A DNA stretch of 64,000 nt from Dehalococcoidia bacterium (GCA_965249315.1 OZ252225.1:2214814-2278813), one strand, 5' to 3'. Positions 45,254 through 55,652 are shown, counted from the stretch's first letter. The notes: generated by a model from the letters alone, not told the origin. Translations and numbers: made by a program.

Positions 45254-45889
45254 GTGTTGCAACGGCTGCTGCCCCGGACCATCTCGGTTCGGCTCCTCAT
45301 TGGGCTGGGAGGCGGCCTAGTTATTTCGGCTGTGCTGGGGCTGGGACTGCTGCTTGTGCTCGGCCACTACTTCTGGTCCGTCGAGAAGCTCTTTCGCGGG
45401 GCACCGGAGCAGCCGGTCCCCTTTCCCCATCCCGTCCACGTCCAACAGGCGGGGATAGACTGCGTGTTCTGCCACAGGACCGTGGCCACGGAGCGCATGG
45501 CCAGCATTCCCGCCGTTGAGCAGTGCTACTACTGCCACAAGATCGTCGGCCAGGCGGCCGGGGAGCGGGTGGCGCTTTCGGGCATCCAGACGATGAACGA
45601 GCTAGCCGGCTTCGACGGTGAGACGCGCCAGTTCGTCGACGCCCGGCCGATCAACTGGGTGCGCGTGCACCGACTGCCCGATCACGTGCGGTTCGTGCAC
45701 GAACAACACGTGTCCTATTTCTCTGATCAGCCGGAGTACGGCATCTCTTCGGCCACCTGCACCATCTGCCACGGCAAGGTGGAGACCATGACCGAGGTGC
45801 GCCAGGACCGGGACCTGCGGATGGGAGACTGCGTGGACTGCCATCGGGAGTACGGAGCTCCCACCGACTGCACGACGTGTCACTACTAG
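45254..45889 (+). CDS. actA: Alternative complex III subunit ActA (pentaheme cytochrome c)
   Basis: An N-terminal TM plus five CxxCH motifs (CVFCH, CYYCH, CTICH, CVDCH, CTTCH). Confidence 0.85.
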   Translation: MLQRLLPRTISVRLLIGLGGGLVISAVLGLGLLLVLGHYFWSVEKLFRGAPEQPVPFPHPVHVQQAGIDCVFCHRTVATERMASIPAVEQCYYCHKIVGQAAGERVALSGIQTMNELAGFDGETRQFVDARPINWVRVHRLPDHVRFVHEQHVSYFSDQPEYGISSATCTICHGKVETMTEVRQDRDLRMGDCVDCHREYGAPTDCTTCHY

Positions 45890-45909
45890 ATGGAGGCCTA
45901 GACTAAAGG

Positions 45910-48207
45910 ATGGCCCTAACTCGTCGACAACTACTGAAGGGCTCCGGCCTGGGGCTGGGAGCGGTCCTCTTTGCGGGCTGCACCATTCCCGAGCGGGAGA
46001 TGGTGGTGCAGAGTCCGGCGCGCCTTCCCGAGGACCTGGTGGAGGGCTTCGACGCGCACTACGCGACGCTGTGCCGGGTCTGCTCCAACCCGGAGGGCAT
46101 CCTGGTCAGGGTGATGGAGGGCAGGGCCAAGAAGGTGGAGGGGAACCCGGAGTACCCGCTGAACCTGGGCAAGCATGGCGCTCGGTGCGAGGCGGGCCTG
46201 CAGGCCCTGTACCACCCGGACCGCATCCGAATGCCGATGTTGAGAGCCTCGAGAGGCGAGCCCTTCCGCGAGGTCTCTTGGGAGACAGCCCTGGACACGC
46301 TCCTGGAACAGATGCGAGCGCAGCAGAGTCGCCCCGAGTCGGTGGCGGTGATGACGGCGCCGCTTCGAGGCCACATGGGGATGCTGGTGGAGCGCTTCGT
46401 CAGCGCCTACGGCGCTAGGCACTTCTCCTTCGAGACGCTGGAAGAGACCGTGCTGCGGGAGGCCGTGAAGCGGGTCTTCGGCCAGGACCGCCTGCCCCAC
46501 TTCGACATCGAGCGGGCGAGCTACGTGCTCTCCTTCGGGGCCGACTTCCTGGGCACCTGGCTCTCCCCCATCAACTACTCCCGTCAGTACGGCGAGTTCC
46601 GGCAGGGCGAGGCCCGTGGAGGACTCGGACGGGGCACGCTGGTGCAGGTGGAGCCACGCTTCTCCCTGACGGCGGCCAACGCGGACGAATGGGTGCCGGT
46701 GCGGCCCGGATACGAAGGGGCACTGGCGCTGAGCATCGCTTCGGTCATCGTCGACGACGGGCTGGTGGACGCGGCGGCTAGCCGGAGGGCCACCGACCTG
46801 GTGGGCGCCTCGACCCTGGCCCGCTTCAGGCCCGGAGGCACGGAAGCGGAGAAGACGGGGATCGGCGCCGAGCGCATCAGGGCGCTGGCCCACGCCTTCG
46901 TCGATCACCAGCCAAGCCTGGCGCTGGCGGGGGGCTCGGCCGGCGCGCATACCAACGGCCTCTTCAACCTCACAGCGGCCTATATGCTGAACCTCCTCGT
47001 GAACAACGTCGGCGTGAACGGGGGGATTGCGTTCAACCCGCCCTCGCCGCTGCCGGGTGTCCCGGACGCGGCCAAGGCCACCCCCCTGGCCGAGTGGAAG
47101 CAGCTGGCGGACCGGATGCGCAGCAACGAGGTCCAGGTGGCGCTGGTGCGGGGCGCGAACCCCGCATACGGCCTGCCGGGCGCGGTGAAGTTCAGCGAGG
47201 CGCTGGACCAGGTGCCGTTCGTGGCGAGCGTTGCGAGCTTCCTGGACGAGACGACGGCCCAGGCCGACCTGGTGCTGCCGGAGCGCGTCTACATGGAGGA
47301 CTGGGGAGACGACATTCCAGACCCGGCCCCAGGCTTCCAGCTGCTGGGCGTGCAACAGCCGGTGGTGGCGCCGTTCGGGGGCCAGGGAGACTCGGCGATT
47401 GCCCCCCACGCGGAGGCCCGCAGCTTCGGCGACGTGCTTCTGACGTTGGCCCAGGAGCTGGGCGGGAACGTGGGGCAGGAGCTGCAGGAGTGGGACACCT
47501 TCCAGGACGTGGTGCGCTCCGGGATGCAGCGCCTCTTCGAAGAGAAGGGCGGCGCACTGCCGCTTCGAACAGGATCGACCAGGGCCAGCACCTTCGACGG
47601 GTTCTGGGTTGGGGTGCTGCAGCGCGGCGGCTGGTGGGACCGGGACGCTTCGGGGAACGCTACCCAGGCCCAGGCCCAGGTGGCGTCCGCCAAGGAGCCC
47701 AGCTTCCAGGGCAGCGAGACCCAGTACCCCTTCCACCTGGTGCCCTTCCCCTCGCAGGGGGTGGGCGACGGAAGCGGGGCGCATCTCCCGTGGCTTCAGG
47801 CTACGCCCGACCCGCAGTCGACGGCTGCGTGGAAGACGTGGGTGGAGATCAACCCGAGGACGGCCCGAGAGATGAACGTGCGCGAGGGCGACGTGGTGCG
47901 GGTGGTATCGCACTACGGGTCCATAGAGGCCCTGGCCTACCCCCATCCGGCAACACCCCCGAACGTGCTGAGCGTGCCGATGGGGCAGGGCCATCGGGGC
48001 TACGGACGATACGCGGACGACCGCGGCGCGAACGTCCTGGAGATGCTGGCGCCGGAAGAGGACGAGGAGACCCAGGCCTTCGCATGGGCGGCGACGCGAG
48101 TGCGCCTGGAGAAGACGGGACGCAGGACTCGTGTTCCGAAGACGGAGGGGATGGTGCCGGCGGTGCAGGTGGCACACTTCCCAATCGTCCAGGTGACCCG
48201 GGAGTAA
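45910..48207 (+). CDS. actB: ACIII subunit ActB, molybdopterin-oxidoreductase-like part (B1), Tat signal
   Basis: A twin-arginine signal (LTRRQLLKGSGLGLGAVLFAGC) on a 765-aa MopB-superfamily-like protein. Confidence 0.85.
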   Translation: MALTRRQLLKGSGLGLGAVLFAGCTIPEREMVVQSPARLPEDLVEGFDAHYATLCRVCSNPEGILVRVMEGRAKKVEGNPEYPLNLGKHGARCEAGLQALYHPDRIRMPMLRASRGEPFREVSWETALDTLLEQMRAQQSRPESVAVMTAPLRGHMGMLVERFVSAYGARHFSFETLEETVLREAVKRVFGQDRLPHFDIERASYVLSFGADFLGTWLSPINYSRQYGEFRQGEARGGLGRGTLVQVEPRFSLTAANADEWVPVRPGYEGALALSIASVIVDDGLVDAAASRRATDLVGASTLARFRPGGTEAEKTGIGAERIRALAHAFVDHQPSLALAGGSAGAHTNGLFNLTAAYMLNLLVNNVGVNGGIAFNPPSPLPGVPDAAKATPLAEWKQLADRMRSNEVQVALVRGANPAYGLPGAVKFSEALDQVPFVASVASFLDETTAQADLVLPERVYMEDWGDDIPDPAPGFQLLGVQQPVVAPFGGQGDSAIAPHAEARSFGDVLLTLAQELGGNVGQELQEWDTFQDVVRSGMQRLFEEKGGALPLRTGSTRASTFDGFWVGVLQRGGWWDRDASGNATQAQAQVASAKEPSFQGSETQYPFHLVPFPSQGVGDGSGAHLPWLQATPDPQSTAAWKTWVEINPRTAREMNVREGDVVRVVSHYGSIEALAYPHPATPPNVLSVPMGQGHRGYGRYADDRGANVLEMLAPEEDEETQAFAWAATRVRLEKTGRRTRVPKTEGMVPAVQVAHFPIVQVTRE

Positions 48208-48222
48208 AGACACGGAGGACGC

Positions 48223-48969
48223 GTGATGGTGCAGGAGCAAGTGGAACGCAAGTATGGAATGGTCATCGACGTGGACCGGTGCACAGGCTGTCAGGCGTGC
48301 GTTGTCGCTTGCCAGGCTGAGAACAACGTGCCGATCAGCGAGGAGAAGGCGTTTCTGGAGCGCCGCTTCTTCGAGTGGATCCGCATCGAGCGGTACTGGG
48401 AGGGGATGGAGGAGGCCGAGGAGACCGGCGACTACAGCAAGGTCAAGGCCCGGTTCATCCCGATGCTGTGCCAGCACTGCTCGAATGCGCCCTGCGAGCC
48501 GGTCTGCCCCGTCTACGCCACGTACCACAACAACGAGGGGCTGAACGTGCAGGTGTACAACCGGTGCATAGGCACCCGGTACTGCGCGAACAACGACCCG
48601 TACAACGTGCGCTTCTTCAACTACTTCGATCCGAAGTGGCCGGAGACGCTCCGCAACCAGCTCAACCCCGACGTAACAGTCCGGACCCGGGGCGTGATGG
48701 AGAAGTGCACGTTCTGCGTGCAGCGCATCCGGCGCGCCGGACGGGACGCGGAGCAGGAGGGGCGGGAGCTGCAGGACGGGGACATCGTACCGGCCTGCGT
48801 TCAGGCCTGTCCGACGAGCGCGCTGAACTTCGGCGACCAGAACGACCCGGACAGCAGAGTCAGCGTGATGCGGCACGACGAGAGGGCCTACCGAGTGCTG
48901 GAGGAGCTGGGCACGGAGCCCAACATCACCTACCTGAAGAAGGTGGACCCGAGTGCAGGCGGCCACTAA
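48223..48969 (+). CDS. actB: ACIII subunit ActB, 4Fe-4S ferredoxin part (B2)
   Basis: CTGCQACVVAC, CQHCSNAPCEPVCP, CIGTRYC and CVQACP are the cluster motifs of the PsrB/NrfC-like family. Confidence 0.9.
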   Translation: MMVQEQVERKYGMVIDVDRCTGCQACVVACQAENNVPISEEKAFLERRFFEWIRIERYWEGMEEAEETGDYSKVKARFIPMLCQHCSNAPCEPVCPVYATYHNNEGLNVQVYNRCIGTRYCANNDPYNVRFFNYFDPKWPETLRNQLNPDVTVRTRGVMEKCTFCVQRIRRAGRDAEQEGRELQDGDIVPACVQACPTSALNFGDQNDPDSRVSVMRHDERAYRVLEELGTEPNITYLKKVDPSAGGH

Positions 48970-50374
48970 ACATAACGGCCACCACCGGCCGGAGATCCTG
49001 GAGAAGAGTCCCCAGGAGATCAACGAGGAGCTTCTGGGGCGGAGCTCCCGCTCCGGGACGCTCTTCTTCGGCGCCGTGGTGGTCCTTGCCGTGCTCACGG
49101 TGCTGGGCATCGTGGGCTTCTTCCTTCGCCTGGGGGACGGCTTCGGCGTGCACACGCACTGGGCCTACCTGGCGGCGGTCTTCGCCTTCATCCTGACGAC
49201 GTCCCTGTCAGCGCCGCTGGTTGCCATAGCCCCGCGGCTGGCCCGAGCGCACTTCAACCGGCCCATCACGCGGGCGGCGGAGCTCTGGTCCGTGGCGGGG
49301 CTGGTGAGCCTCGTCATCCTCATTCCGCTGCTGATCGCGCTGCCCTCGGCCACGGGGCGCCGGACCTTCTGGTTCGTGGACCTGTACCGGGAGGGGTGGC
49401 CGGCAGGCGCACCGCACGTGTACCTGGCGCTGGCGGTGATCTTCCTGGTGGTGACCGGCCTGGCGCTGCTGTGGGTGGGGGCGATTCCCGACTTCGCCGT
49501 GGCGCGGGACCGGACGCAGCGCCGCCTCTACCACCGGCTGGCGATGGGATGGCAGGGGACGGCGGGAGAATGGCGCAAACTGCGGACGTTCATCAGCCTG
49601 CTGGGGGCGTTCTACTTCATATCGCTCGTCTACACCCACACTGTGGTCAGCTTCGACTTTGCCCAGAGCCTGGTGCCGGGCTACAAGGACTCCATCTTTC
49701 CGGCGCACCACGCCCTGAGCGGCATCCAGTCTGCGCTTGCCACCACCCTGGTGACGATGTTCATACTGCGCACCTTCGGCGGGATGAAGGAGTACATCGG
49801 GGTGGAGCAGTTCTGGGGCCTGTCCAAGCTCCTGCTGGCCAGCAGCCTGCTGTGGGCCTACTTCTGGTGGTCGGGGTTCATCATCTTCTGGTACGGCCGG
49901 GCCCCGGTTGAGCAGAACGTGCTTCATCTCTACATGACAGGGCCCTACAGGCCCCTCTTCATCATGACCTTTGCGATGAACTTCCTGACGCCGCTCTTCC
50001 TGTTCATCTGGAGCCCCGTTCGCAGGAGCATCATCGGGCCCACCGCGTTGGCGTGCGTGGTCCTGACGGGGACGTTCCTGGACCGGATCCGGATATACAC
50101 GGCCTCCTTCTCCGTTGGAGTGCCTGGGCAGGAGGGGAAGCTGAGTCTGTACGGCCCTCCGGAGGAGTTTCGGGCGAGCCTATCGGCCATGACGCCGGAC
50201 CTGGCTGACGTGTTGATGGTGGTGGGGGCGCTGGCAGCGGCGGTGCTGACGTACCTCCTGGCCTCCCGGATCGTGCCGATGGTGAGCATGTGGGGGAGCA
50301 AGGAGGGGGTGCTTCTCCAGCGCGTACGGCCGCTGGCGAAGACGGAGCTCAAGGTGCTGGCAAAGCCGGACTAG
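48953..50374 (+). CDS. actC: ACIII membrane subunit ActC (NrfD/PsrC-like)
   Basis: 473 aa polytopic NrfD-like membrane protein. It overlaps the end of actB2 by 17 nt. Confidence 0.8.
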   Translation: MQAATKHNGHHRPEILEKSPQEINEELLGRSSRSGTLFFGAVVVLAVLTVLGIVGFFLRLGDGFGVHTHWAYLAAVFAFILTTSLSAPLVAIAPRLARAHFNRPITRAAELWSVAGLVSLVILIPLLIALPSATGRRTFWFVDLYREGWPAGAPHVYLALAVIFLVVTGLALLWVGAIPDFAVARDRTQRRLYHRLAMGWQGTAGEWRKLRTFISLLGAFYFISLVYTHTVVSFDFAQSLVPGYKDSIFPAHHALSGIQSALATTLVTMFILRTFGGMKEYIGVEQFWGLSKLLLASSLLWAYFWWSGFIIFWYGRAPVEQNVLHLYMTGPYRPLFIMTFAMNFLTPLFLFIWSPVRRSIIGPTALACVVLTGTFLDRIRIYTASFSVGVPGQEGKLSLYGPPEEFRASLSAMTPDLADVLMVVGALAAAVLTYLLASRIVPMVSMWGSKEGVLLQRVRPLAKTELKVLAKPD

Positions 50375-50401
50375 CGAGAAGCAGAGGCAGCGAGAGCAAG
50401 G

Positions 50402-51775
50402 ATGCAGGAAAGACGTCTTCAGACGGAGCGGGAGATCAACCGGGACCTGCTGCGGCCGGTCCTGACGACCCCGCTGTGGTTCTGGGCGCTGGCAGGATTC
50501 CTAGGTACCGTGGTGGCCGCAGGTGGGGCCGCCTACGGCTGGTCCTGGTACCACGGGCTTGGGACGTTCGGGATAAACCGGCCGGTGATGTGGGGGTTCC
50601 TGATCACGAACTTCGTGTTCTGGGTCGGGATCAGCCACGCGGGGATCATGCTCTCGGCGATCCTGCGCCTCAGCCAGGCGGAGTGGCGGCGTCCGCTGAC
50701 CCGTGCGGCCGAGGTGCTGACCATCTTCTCGCTCCAGGCGGCAGTGCTGATGCCCATCATCCACTTGGGGCGGACGTGGCGGGTCTACTGGAGCTTGCCC
50801 TACGACCTTGCCCGGGGCATCTATCCCAACATCCGCTCGCCTCTGGTCTGGGACCCCGCTGCCATCACCACCTATCTGACCTCAACCATACTCTTCGTGT
50901 TCGTGCTGCTGCTGCCGGACCTGGCCATCGTCCGCGACCGGACCCGGGGCGTCCGGCACAAGTTCTACTCGGTGCTGTGCCTGGGCTGGCGGGGCACGCC
51001 GCGGCAGTGGAAGCTGCAGGTCATCGCCGGGGTGCTGCTGTCGGCGCTGATCCTGCCGGTGTTCGTCTCGGTGCACAGCATCGTGTCCTGGGACTTCGCG
51101 GTGGCCGTAGCCGTCGAGGGCTGGCACACAACGATCTTCGCACCCTACTTTGTCATCGGCGCCGTGCACTCGGGAGTGTCTGCCGTGGTGACCGTGGCGG
51201 CGCTCATGCGGTGGCTCTACCGGCTGGACGCGTACATCCGGCCCGAGCACTTCGACGCGCTGGGACGGCTGCTCATCGTTATCGCCGTGACATGGTTCTA
51301 CTTCTTCATCGTCGAGTTCTTCATGGGCCTGTACAGCGGCGAAGGCGCCGAGGTGGAGCTGCGACAGCTGCAGGTCTTCCAGTGGCCCTTCAACATGCTG
51401 TTCATCGTGTTCCTGCTTACGGGGTTCTTCATCCCGGTGCCGCTGTGGCTCTTCCGCAACGTTCGCCGCAGCGTGGCGCTGATGTTCTGGACGTCGATCC
51501 TGGTCAACGTGGGGATGTGGCTCGAGCGCTTCATCCTCATCGTCCCGAGCCTGATGAGGAAGCAGTCCCTAACGTTCAACTGGGGCTCGTACAGTCCCAG
51601 CGCGATTGAGATTCTGATTGTGTGCGGTACCTTTGCCCTGGTGTTCCTGGGAATGTTGATCTTCGCGAAGGTCTTCCCCATCATTCCGGTGGCGGATGCC
51701 AAGGAAGGGAAGGCCCTGGCGCAGACGGTCAAGGTGGGTAAGGTGCAGGTACCAGCCATCTTCCGCGAGGAGTAG
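50402..51775 (+). CDS. actF: Second NrfD-like ACIII membrane subunit (ActF-like paralog)
   Basis: 457 aa polytopic protein, collinear with and similar in pattern to ActC (WGxxIxxFVFWVGISHAG). Confidence 0.75.
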   Translation: MQERRLQTEREINRDLLRPVLTTPLWFWALAGFLGTVVAAGGAAYGWSWYHGLGTFGINRPVMWGFLITNFVFWVGISHAGIMLSAILRLSQAEWRRPLTRAAEVLTIFSLQAAVLMPIIHLGRTWRVYWSLPYDLARGIYPNIRSPLVWDPAAITTYLTSTILFVFVLLLPDLAIVRDRTRGVRHKFYSVLCLGWRGTPRQWKLQVIAGVLLSALILPVFVSVHSIVSWDFAVAVAVEGWHTTIFAPYFVIGAVHSGVSAVVTVAALMRWLYRLDAYIRPEHFDALGRLLIVIAVTWFYFFIVEFFMGLYSGEGAEVELRQLQVFQWPFNMLFIVFLLTGFFIPVPLWLFRNVRRSVALMFWTSILVNVGMWLERFILIVPSLMRKQSLTFNWGSYSPSAIEILIVCGTFALVFLGMLIFAKVFPIIPVADAKEGKALAQTVKVGKVQVPAIFREE

Positions 51776-51795
51776 GCGCAAGAGAGGGCAGTGCT

Positions 51796-52311
51796 ATGGC
51801 GAAGAGAGGCATACTAGGACTGTTCCAGTCCGTAGAAGCCGCCGTGGTGGGCGCAGACAAGCTGGTGGGAGTGGGCGTGGACGACTTCGAAGTCCTGTCC
51901 GACACGCCGTACCCGGAAGGGGCCTTCGGCGAGCGGCCCTCGAAGCATGCGCTGTACATCTTCCCGCTGGTGGGCGCTGCGCTGGGGCTCTCCATAGCGC
52001 TTCTGTTGACGGCGGGGACGCAGCTGGCCTATCCCGTGGTGACGGGCGGCAAGCCCATTCTGGCCATCCCGCCCATGGTCATCATCTGCTACGAAGGGAC
52101 GATGCTGGGCGCGATTATCTCCACGATCCTGGGCGTCGTCTTCGAATCCAGGTTGCCCCGGTCCAAGATCGGCCTGTACGACCCGCGCATCACCGAGGGC
52201 TACATCGGCTTGCTGGCGACAGTGCCCGAGGAGCGCTTGGACGAGGTCCAGCAAGCCTTCCAGGAAGCCGAGGCGACCGACGTGAAGGTCGAGGAGCCGT
52301 CCGGGAAATGA
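51796..52311 (+). CDS. actD: ACIII subunit ActD (DUF3341-like)
   Basis: 171 aa. ILGLFQSVEAAVVGADKL...SDTPYP plus two TM segments fits the ActD pattern. Confidence 0.7.
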   Translation: MAKRGILGLFQSVEAAVVGADKLVGVGVDDFEVLSDTPYPEGAFGERPSKHALYIFPLVGAALGLSIALLLTAGTQLAYPVVTGGKPILAIPPMVIICYEGTMLGAIISTILGVVFESRLPRSKIGLYDPRITEGYIGLLATVPEERLDEVQQAFQEAEATDVKVEEPSGK

Positions 52312-52952
52312 GAGCGGTAGGCGCAAAGGTCCCTTCCCTTCGCATCCGAGGGGTGCTGGCGCTAGGGCTGCTGGCCCTGCTCCTCCTCGCGTGCCGCGCG
52401 GAGACCGGGACCTATGCGCCCGTGGACATCACCACGGAGCTGCACTACAGCCAGTCGGCCCGCTCCCAGGAGCCTCCGCGCTTCGAGGGGGCGCCAGGGG
52501 CGGTCCCGTTCGTGTCGCTATCCGAGGATGCGTCGGAGGCGACGCTCGCTCCGGCGGCCTACCGGGAGTGGGAGTATGACCTGACGCTGGAGACGGCTGT
52601 GGACCTGGCGAACCCGACCGCCGACTCGGACGCCAACGTGCAACTGGGAGAGGAGCTGTTTCGCACGAACTGCGCCTTCTGCCATGGCACAGCAGCCCGC
52701 GGCGACGGACCGGTCAACGAGTACCTGCAGAGCTACTTCAGCATCCCCGCGCCGGACCTGATGGGCCTTGGAGGCCCCAACACCATGTCCGCAAGCTCGA
52801 CGCTGGGCAAGACGGACGGCGAGATCTTCCTGCTCATCTCCCAGGGCGGGTTCACGAGCACGGACCTGGGGATGCCGGAGTTCCGCCTGCTCCTCACCCC
52901 CATGGAGCGCTGGCTGCTGGTGTCCTACCTCCGCTCTCTGGGGGACCAGTAG
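52308..52952 (+). CDS. actE: ACIII subunit ActE (monoheme cytochrome c lipoprotein)
   Basis: The ATG at 52308 overlaps the actD stop (ATGA). Lipobox LLLLACR and a single CAFCHG heme motif. Confidence 0.7.
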   Translation: MRAVGAKVPSLRIRGVLALGLLALLLLACRAETGTYAPVDITTELHYSQSARSQEPPRFEGAPGAVPFVSLSEDASEATLAPAAYREWEYDLTLETAVDLANPTADSDANVQLGEELFRTNCAFCHGTAARGDGPVNEYLQSYFSIPAPDLMGLGGPNTMSASSTLGKTDGEIFLLISQGGFTSTDLGMPEFRLLLTPMERWLLVSYLRSLGDQ

Positions 52953-53016
52953 CCAATCCCCGGACCACGCAGTCCAGTGACCTTCCCCGGCGCCGCCCGC
53001 GCATCCCGGTGGTATC

Positions 53017-53628
53017 ATGGGTATGGCTATGAGTGACGGACGGGACAGGGGCCGCGCACGGGGACGCCTTCTCCTGATTGCCATGCTCATGCTCGTGTCG
53101 GCTGCGCTGGGGGCGTGCACGGAGACCTCCTCGGAGGACGACCTGGAACGGCGCGCTCAGCGGCTGGACCGGACGCTCATCTGCCCGCTCTGCCCCAGCG
53201 AGACCATCGACCAGTCGCAGGTGCTGCTGGCCGCGCAGATGCGGGTGACGGTGCGGGAGAGACTGGCAGAGGGGTGGAGCGAGGAGGAGATCCGCCAGTA
53301 CTTCGTGGACCGCTACGGGGAGCGCGTCCTGGCGGCGCCGCCCAAGGAGGGGTTCAACCTCCTCGCCTGGGCGGTCCCGCCCGCCATTGTCATCGCGAGC
53401 CTCCTGGTCCTGGCCTGGGTGGTGCGGGAAATGCAGGTGCGCAGACGCACGCCGCAGGCCGCACGAGAGCGCCCGGCGGAAGCCCGCGACGAGACGGCCC
53501 TGGCACCCTACCTGGCGCTGGTGGACCGGGAGTCGGGAGGCGCAGGAACGACAAGGGCTGAAACGTCCGGCGCATCGGGGCCTCCGACCCTGGCGCCGGA
53601 ATCCTCGGGACGGGAAGGGGAGCTGTGA
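53017..53628 (+). CDS. ccmH: Cytochrome c-type biogenesis protein CcmH
   Basis: LICPLCPSETIDQSQ is the CcmH LRCxxC-type motif, followed by a TM segment. Confidence 0.85.
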   Translation: MGMAMSDGRDRGRARGRLLLIAMLMLVSAALGACTETSSEDDLERRAQRLDRTLICPLCPSETIDQSQVLLAAQMRVTVRERLAEGWSEEEIRQYFVDRYGERVLAAPPKEGFNLLAWAVPPAIVIASLLVLAWVVREMQVRRRTPQAARERPAEARDETALAPYLALVDRESGGAGTTRAETSGASGPPTLAPESSGREGEL

Positions 53629-55640
53629 CGGACCTCGGCAAGATTGCCGTGCTTCTGACGGTGGCCCTTTCGGCCTACGCCGTGGTGGGCTCCGTCGTGG
53701 GCGCGAGATGGCGGATGCCCGAGCTGGTGCAGAGCGCCCGATCCGCGGCCTACGTCGCACCGCTCATGCTGGTTGCGGCAACCATAGTCCTGGTGGCGGC
53801 TTTCGTCACGCACGACTTCAGCGTGCAGTACGTCGCCGAGAACAGCAGCCGGGCGATGAGCCAGTGGTTGACGTGGGTGGCCTTCTACGCGGGTAACGAG
53901 GGGTCGCTGCTGTTCCTGGCCACGATCTTCGCGGTGCTCGCGGCAGTGGCGATTGCCCGAGCGCCCAGGCGGGTAGCGCCGTCGCTGCCGTATACAGTGG
54001 CGGTGCTCTCGATCGTGACGCTGTTCTTCAGTGCCGTGCTGGCAACGCTGGCCAGCCCCTTCGTGGAGGTGGCCTCTCCTCCCCTCGACGGCCGGGGCAT
54101 CAATCCCCTGCTGACCCACCCGGGAATGCTGGTGCATCCGCCGATGCTGATGACGGGACTGATCGGCGTCGCCATCCCCTTTGCCTTTGCCTTCGGGCAC
54201 CTTGCGTCGGGGAGGACGGGGGACGAGTGGGTGGACCCGGCGCGGGTGTGGGGGCTGGTGGTCTGGGCCATACTGACCATCGGGCTGCTGCTTGGGGCGT
54301 GGTGGGCCTATACGATCCTAGGCTGGGGCGGCTACTGGGCGTGGGACCCGGTGGAGAACGCGGGCCTGCTGCCATGGCTCCCACTCACGGCCTTCATCCA
54401 CTCGATCATGGTCCAGCGGCGGCGGGGGATGTTCCGGAGCTGGAACATTGTGCTCATCACCGTGGCGTGGGGCATGGCGATGTACGGCATGTTCATGAAC
54501 CGCGGCGGATCCGTTCCATCGGTCCACTCCTTCGCCCAGTCGACGCTGGGGTGGGTCTTCCTGCTCTTCCTCGCCTTCAACGTGGTTGTGGCCTTCGGCG
54601 TCTTCTTCTGGCGCTACGGCCAGCTTCGAAGCAGCGCTCCGGTAGGCTCGCCGCTCTCCCGGGAGGTCGCGTTCCTGGTAAACAACGTCCTCTTCCTGCT
54701 CATTGCGCTGGTGACGCTGTGGGGCGTGGTGTTCCCGCTGGTGTCGCAGGTCTTCCGCGGCGTGACGGTAACCGTGGGGCGTCCGTTCTACGACATCACA
54801 ACAGGCCCGCTCTTCCTGGCGCTGCTGCTCCTCATGGGCGTGGGGCCGCTCATCCCCTGGCGTCGCGGCTCAGCGCAGAGCCTGAAGCGCACTCTTCTGC
54901 TGCCGGCCGCAGCCGCCGCGGCCGTGGCCCTGGTGGCATTGGTGCTGGGCGTTCGTTCTCTCTTCCCGCTCCTAGGCCTCTTTGCCTGCACAGTGGCAGG
55001 CGCAGCCATCCTGCGGGAGTGGGCCCGGGGAACGCGCGTGCGACGAAGGCGCGGGGAGAGCTATCCGCTGGCCTTCGGGCGACTGATTGCGGCCAACCGG
55101 CCGCGCTACGGCGGCTACATCGTCCACCTGGGCATCGTGCTGCTGGGCTTCTCCGTAATCGGCTCGGCGTTCTACAGCGTCCAGGAGGACGTCTCCCTGG
55201 CGCCCGGCCAAGAGGCGACGGTGGAAGGCTTCACCGTCCAGTACATCTCCAACTCGACGGAGGTGTTCCCTGACCGGGTGGAGCAGCGGGCAGAGGTGCG
55301 CGCACTGCGCGGAGACAACGTGCTGAGTACGATGTCGCCGGGATACGTGTTCTACCCGGACTTCTCCCTGGCGGCGACGCGGGCCGCCATACGTTCCACG
55401 CCGCGGGAGGACCTGTACATCATCGCGAGCGAGTTCTCAGAGGGGGGCCAGGCACTGTTCCGCATCTACGTGAACCCGCTGGTGATCTGGATGTGGATCG
55501 CAGGCCCTCTCTTCGTCCTGGGCACGCTGGTGGCCCTCTGGCCCGAGAGGGACCGGACCGTGGCCTCCGTGGCGAGCATGAGGGAGACGCCCGTGGAGCA
55601 GGCGGCGGTCGCCCAGGGTACGCCAACGCCGGGGAACTAG
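53625..55640 (+). CDS. ccmF: Cytochrome c heme lyase subunit CcmF
   Basis: 671 aa polytopic protein with the WWD motif WGGYWAWDPVEN. The GTG start overlaps the ccmH stop (GTGA). Confidence 0.9.
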   Translation: MTDLGKIAVLLTVALSAYAVVGSVVGARWRMPELVQSARSAAYVAPLMLVAATIVLVAAFVTHDFSVQYVAENSSRAMSQWLTWVAFYAGNEGSLLFLATIFAVLAAVAIARAPRRVAPSLPYTVAVLSIVTLFFSAVLATLASPFVEVASPPLDGRGINPLLTHPGMLVHPPMLMTGLIGVAIPFAFAFGHLASGRTGDEWVDPARVWGLVVWAILTIGLLLGAWWAYTILGWGGYWAWDPVENAGLLPWLPLTAFIHSIMVQRRRGMFRSWNIVLITVAWGMAMYGMFMNRGGSVPSVHSFAQSTLGWVFLLFLAFNVVVAFGVFFWRYGQLRSSAPVGSPLSREVAFLVNNVLFLLIALVTLWGVVFPLVSQVFRGVTVTVGRPFYDITTGPLFLALLLLMGVGPLIPWRRGSAQSLKRTLLLPAAAAAAVALVALVLGVRSLFPLLGLFACTVAGAAILREWARGTRVRRRRGESYPLAFGRLIAANRPRYGGYIVHLGIVLLGFSVIGSAFYSVQEDVSLAPGQEATVEGFTVQYISNSTEVFPDRVEQRAEVRALRGDNVLSTMSPGYVFYPDFSLAATRAAIRSTPREDLYIIASEFSEGGQALFRIYVNPLVIWMWIAGPLFVLGTLVALWPERDRTVASVASMRETPVEQAAVAQGTPTPGN

Positions 55641-55652
55641 GAGGAGAGGCCC

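Noticed and set aside
45931-49155. 1074-aa ORF on the minus strand spanning the ACIII region
   Set aside because: It is antisense to four plus-strand genes with unmistakable motifs (Tat signal, CxxCH, 4Fe-4S clusters). Its translation is Arg/Pro/Gly/His-rich low complexity. This is a typical shadow ORF of GC-rich DNA.
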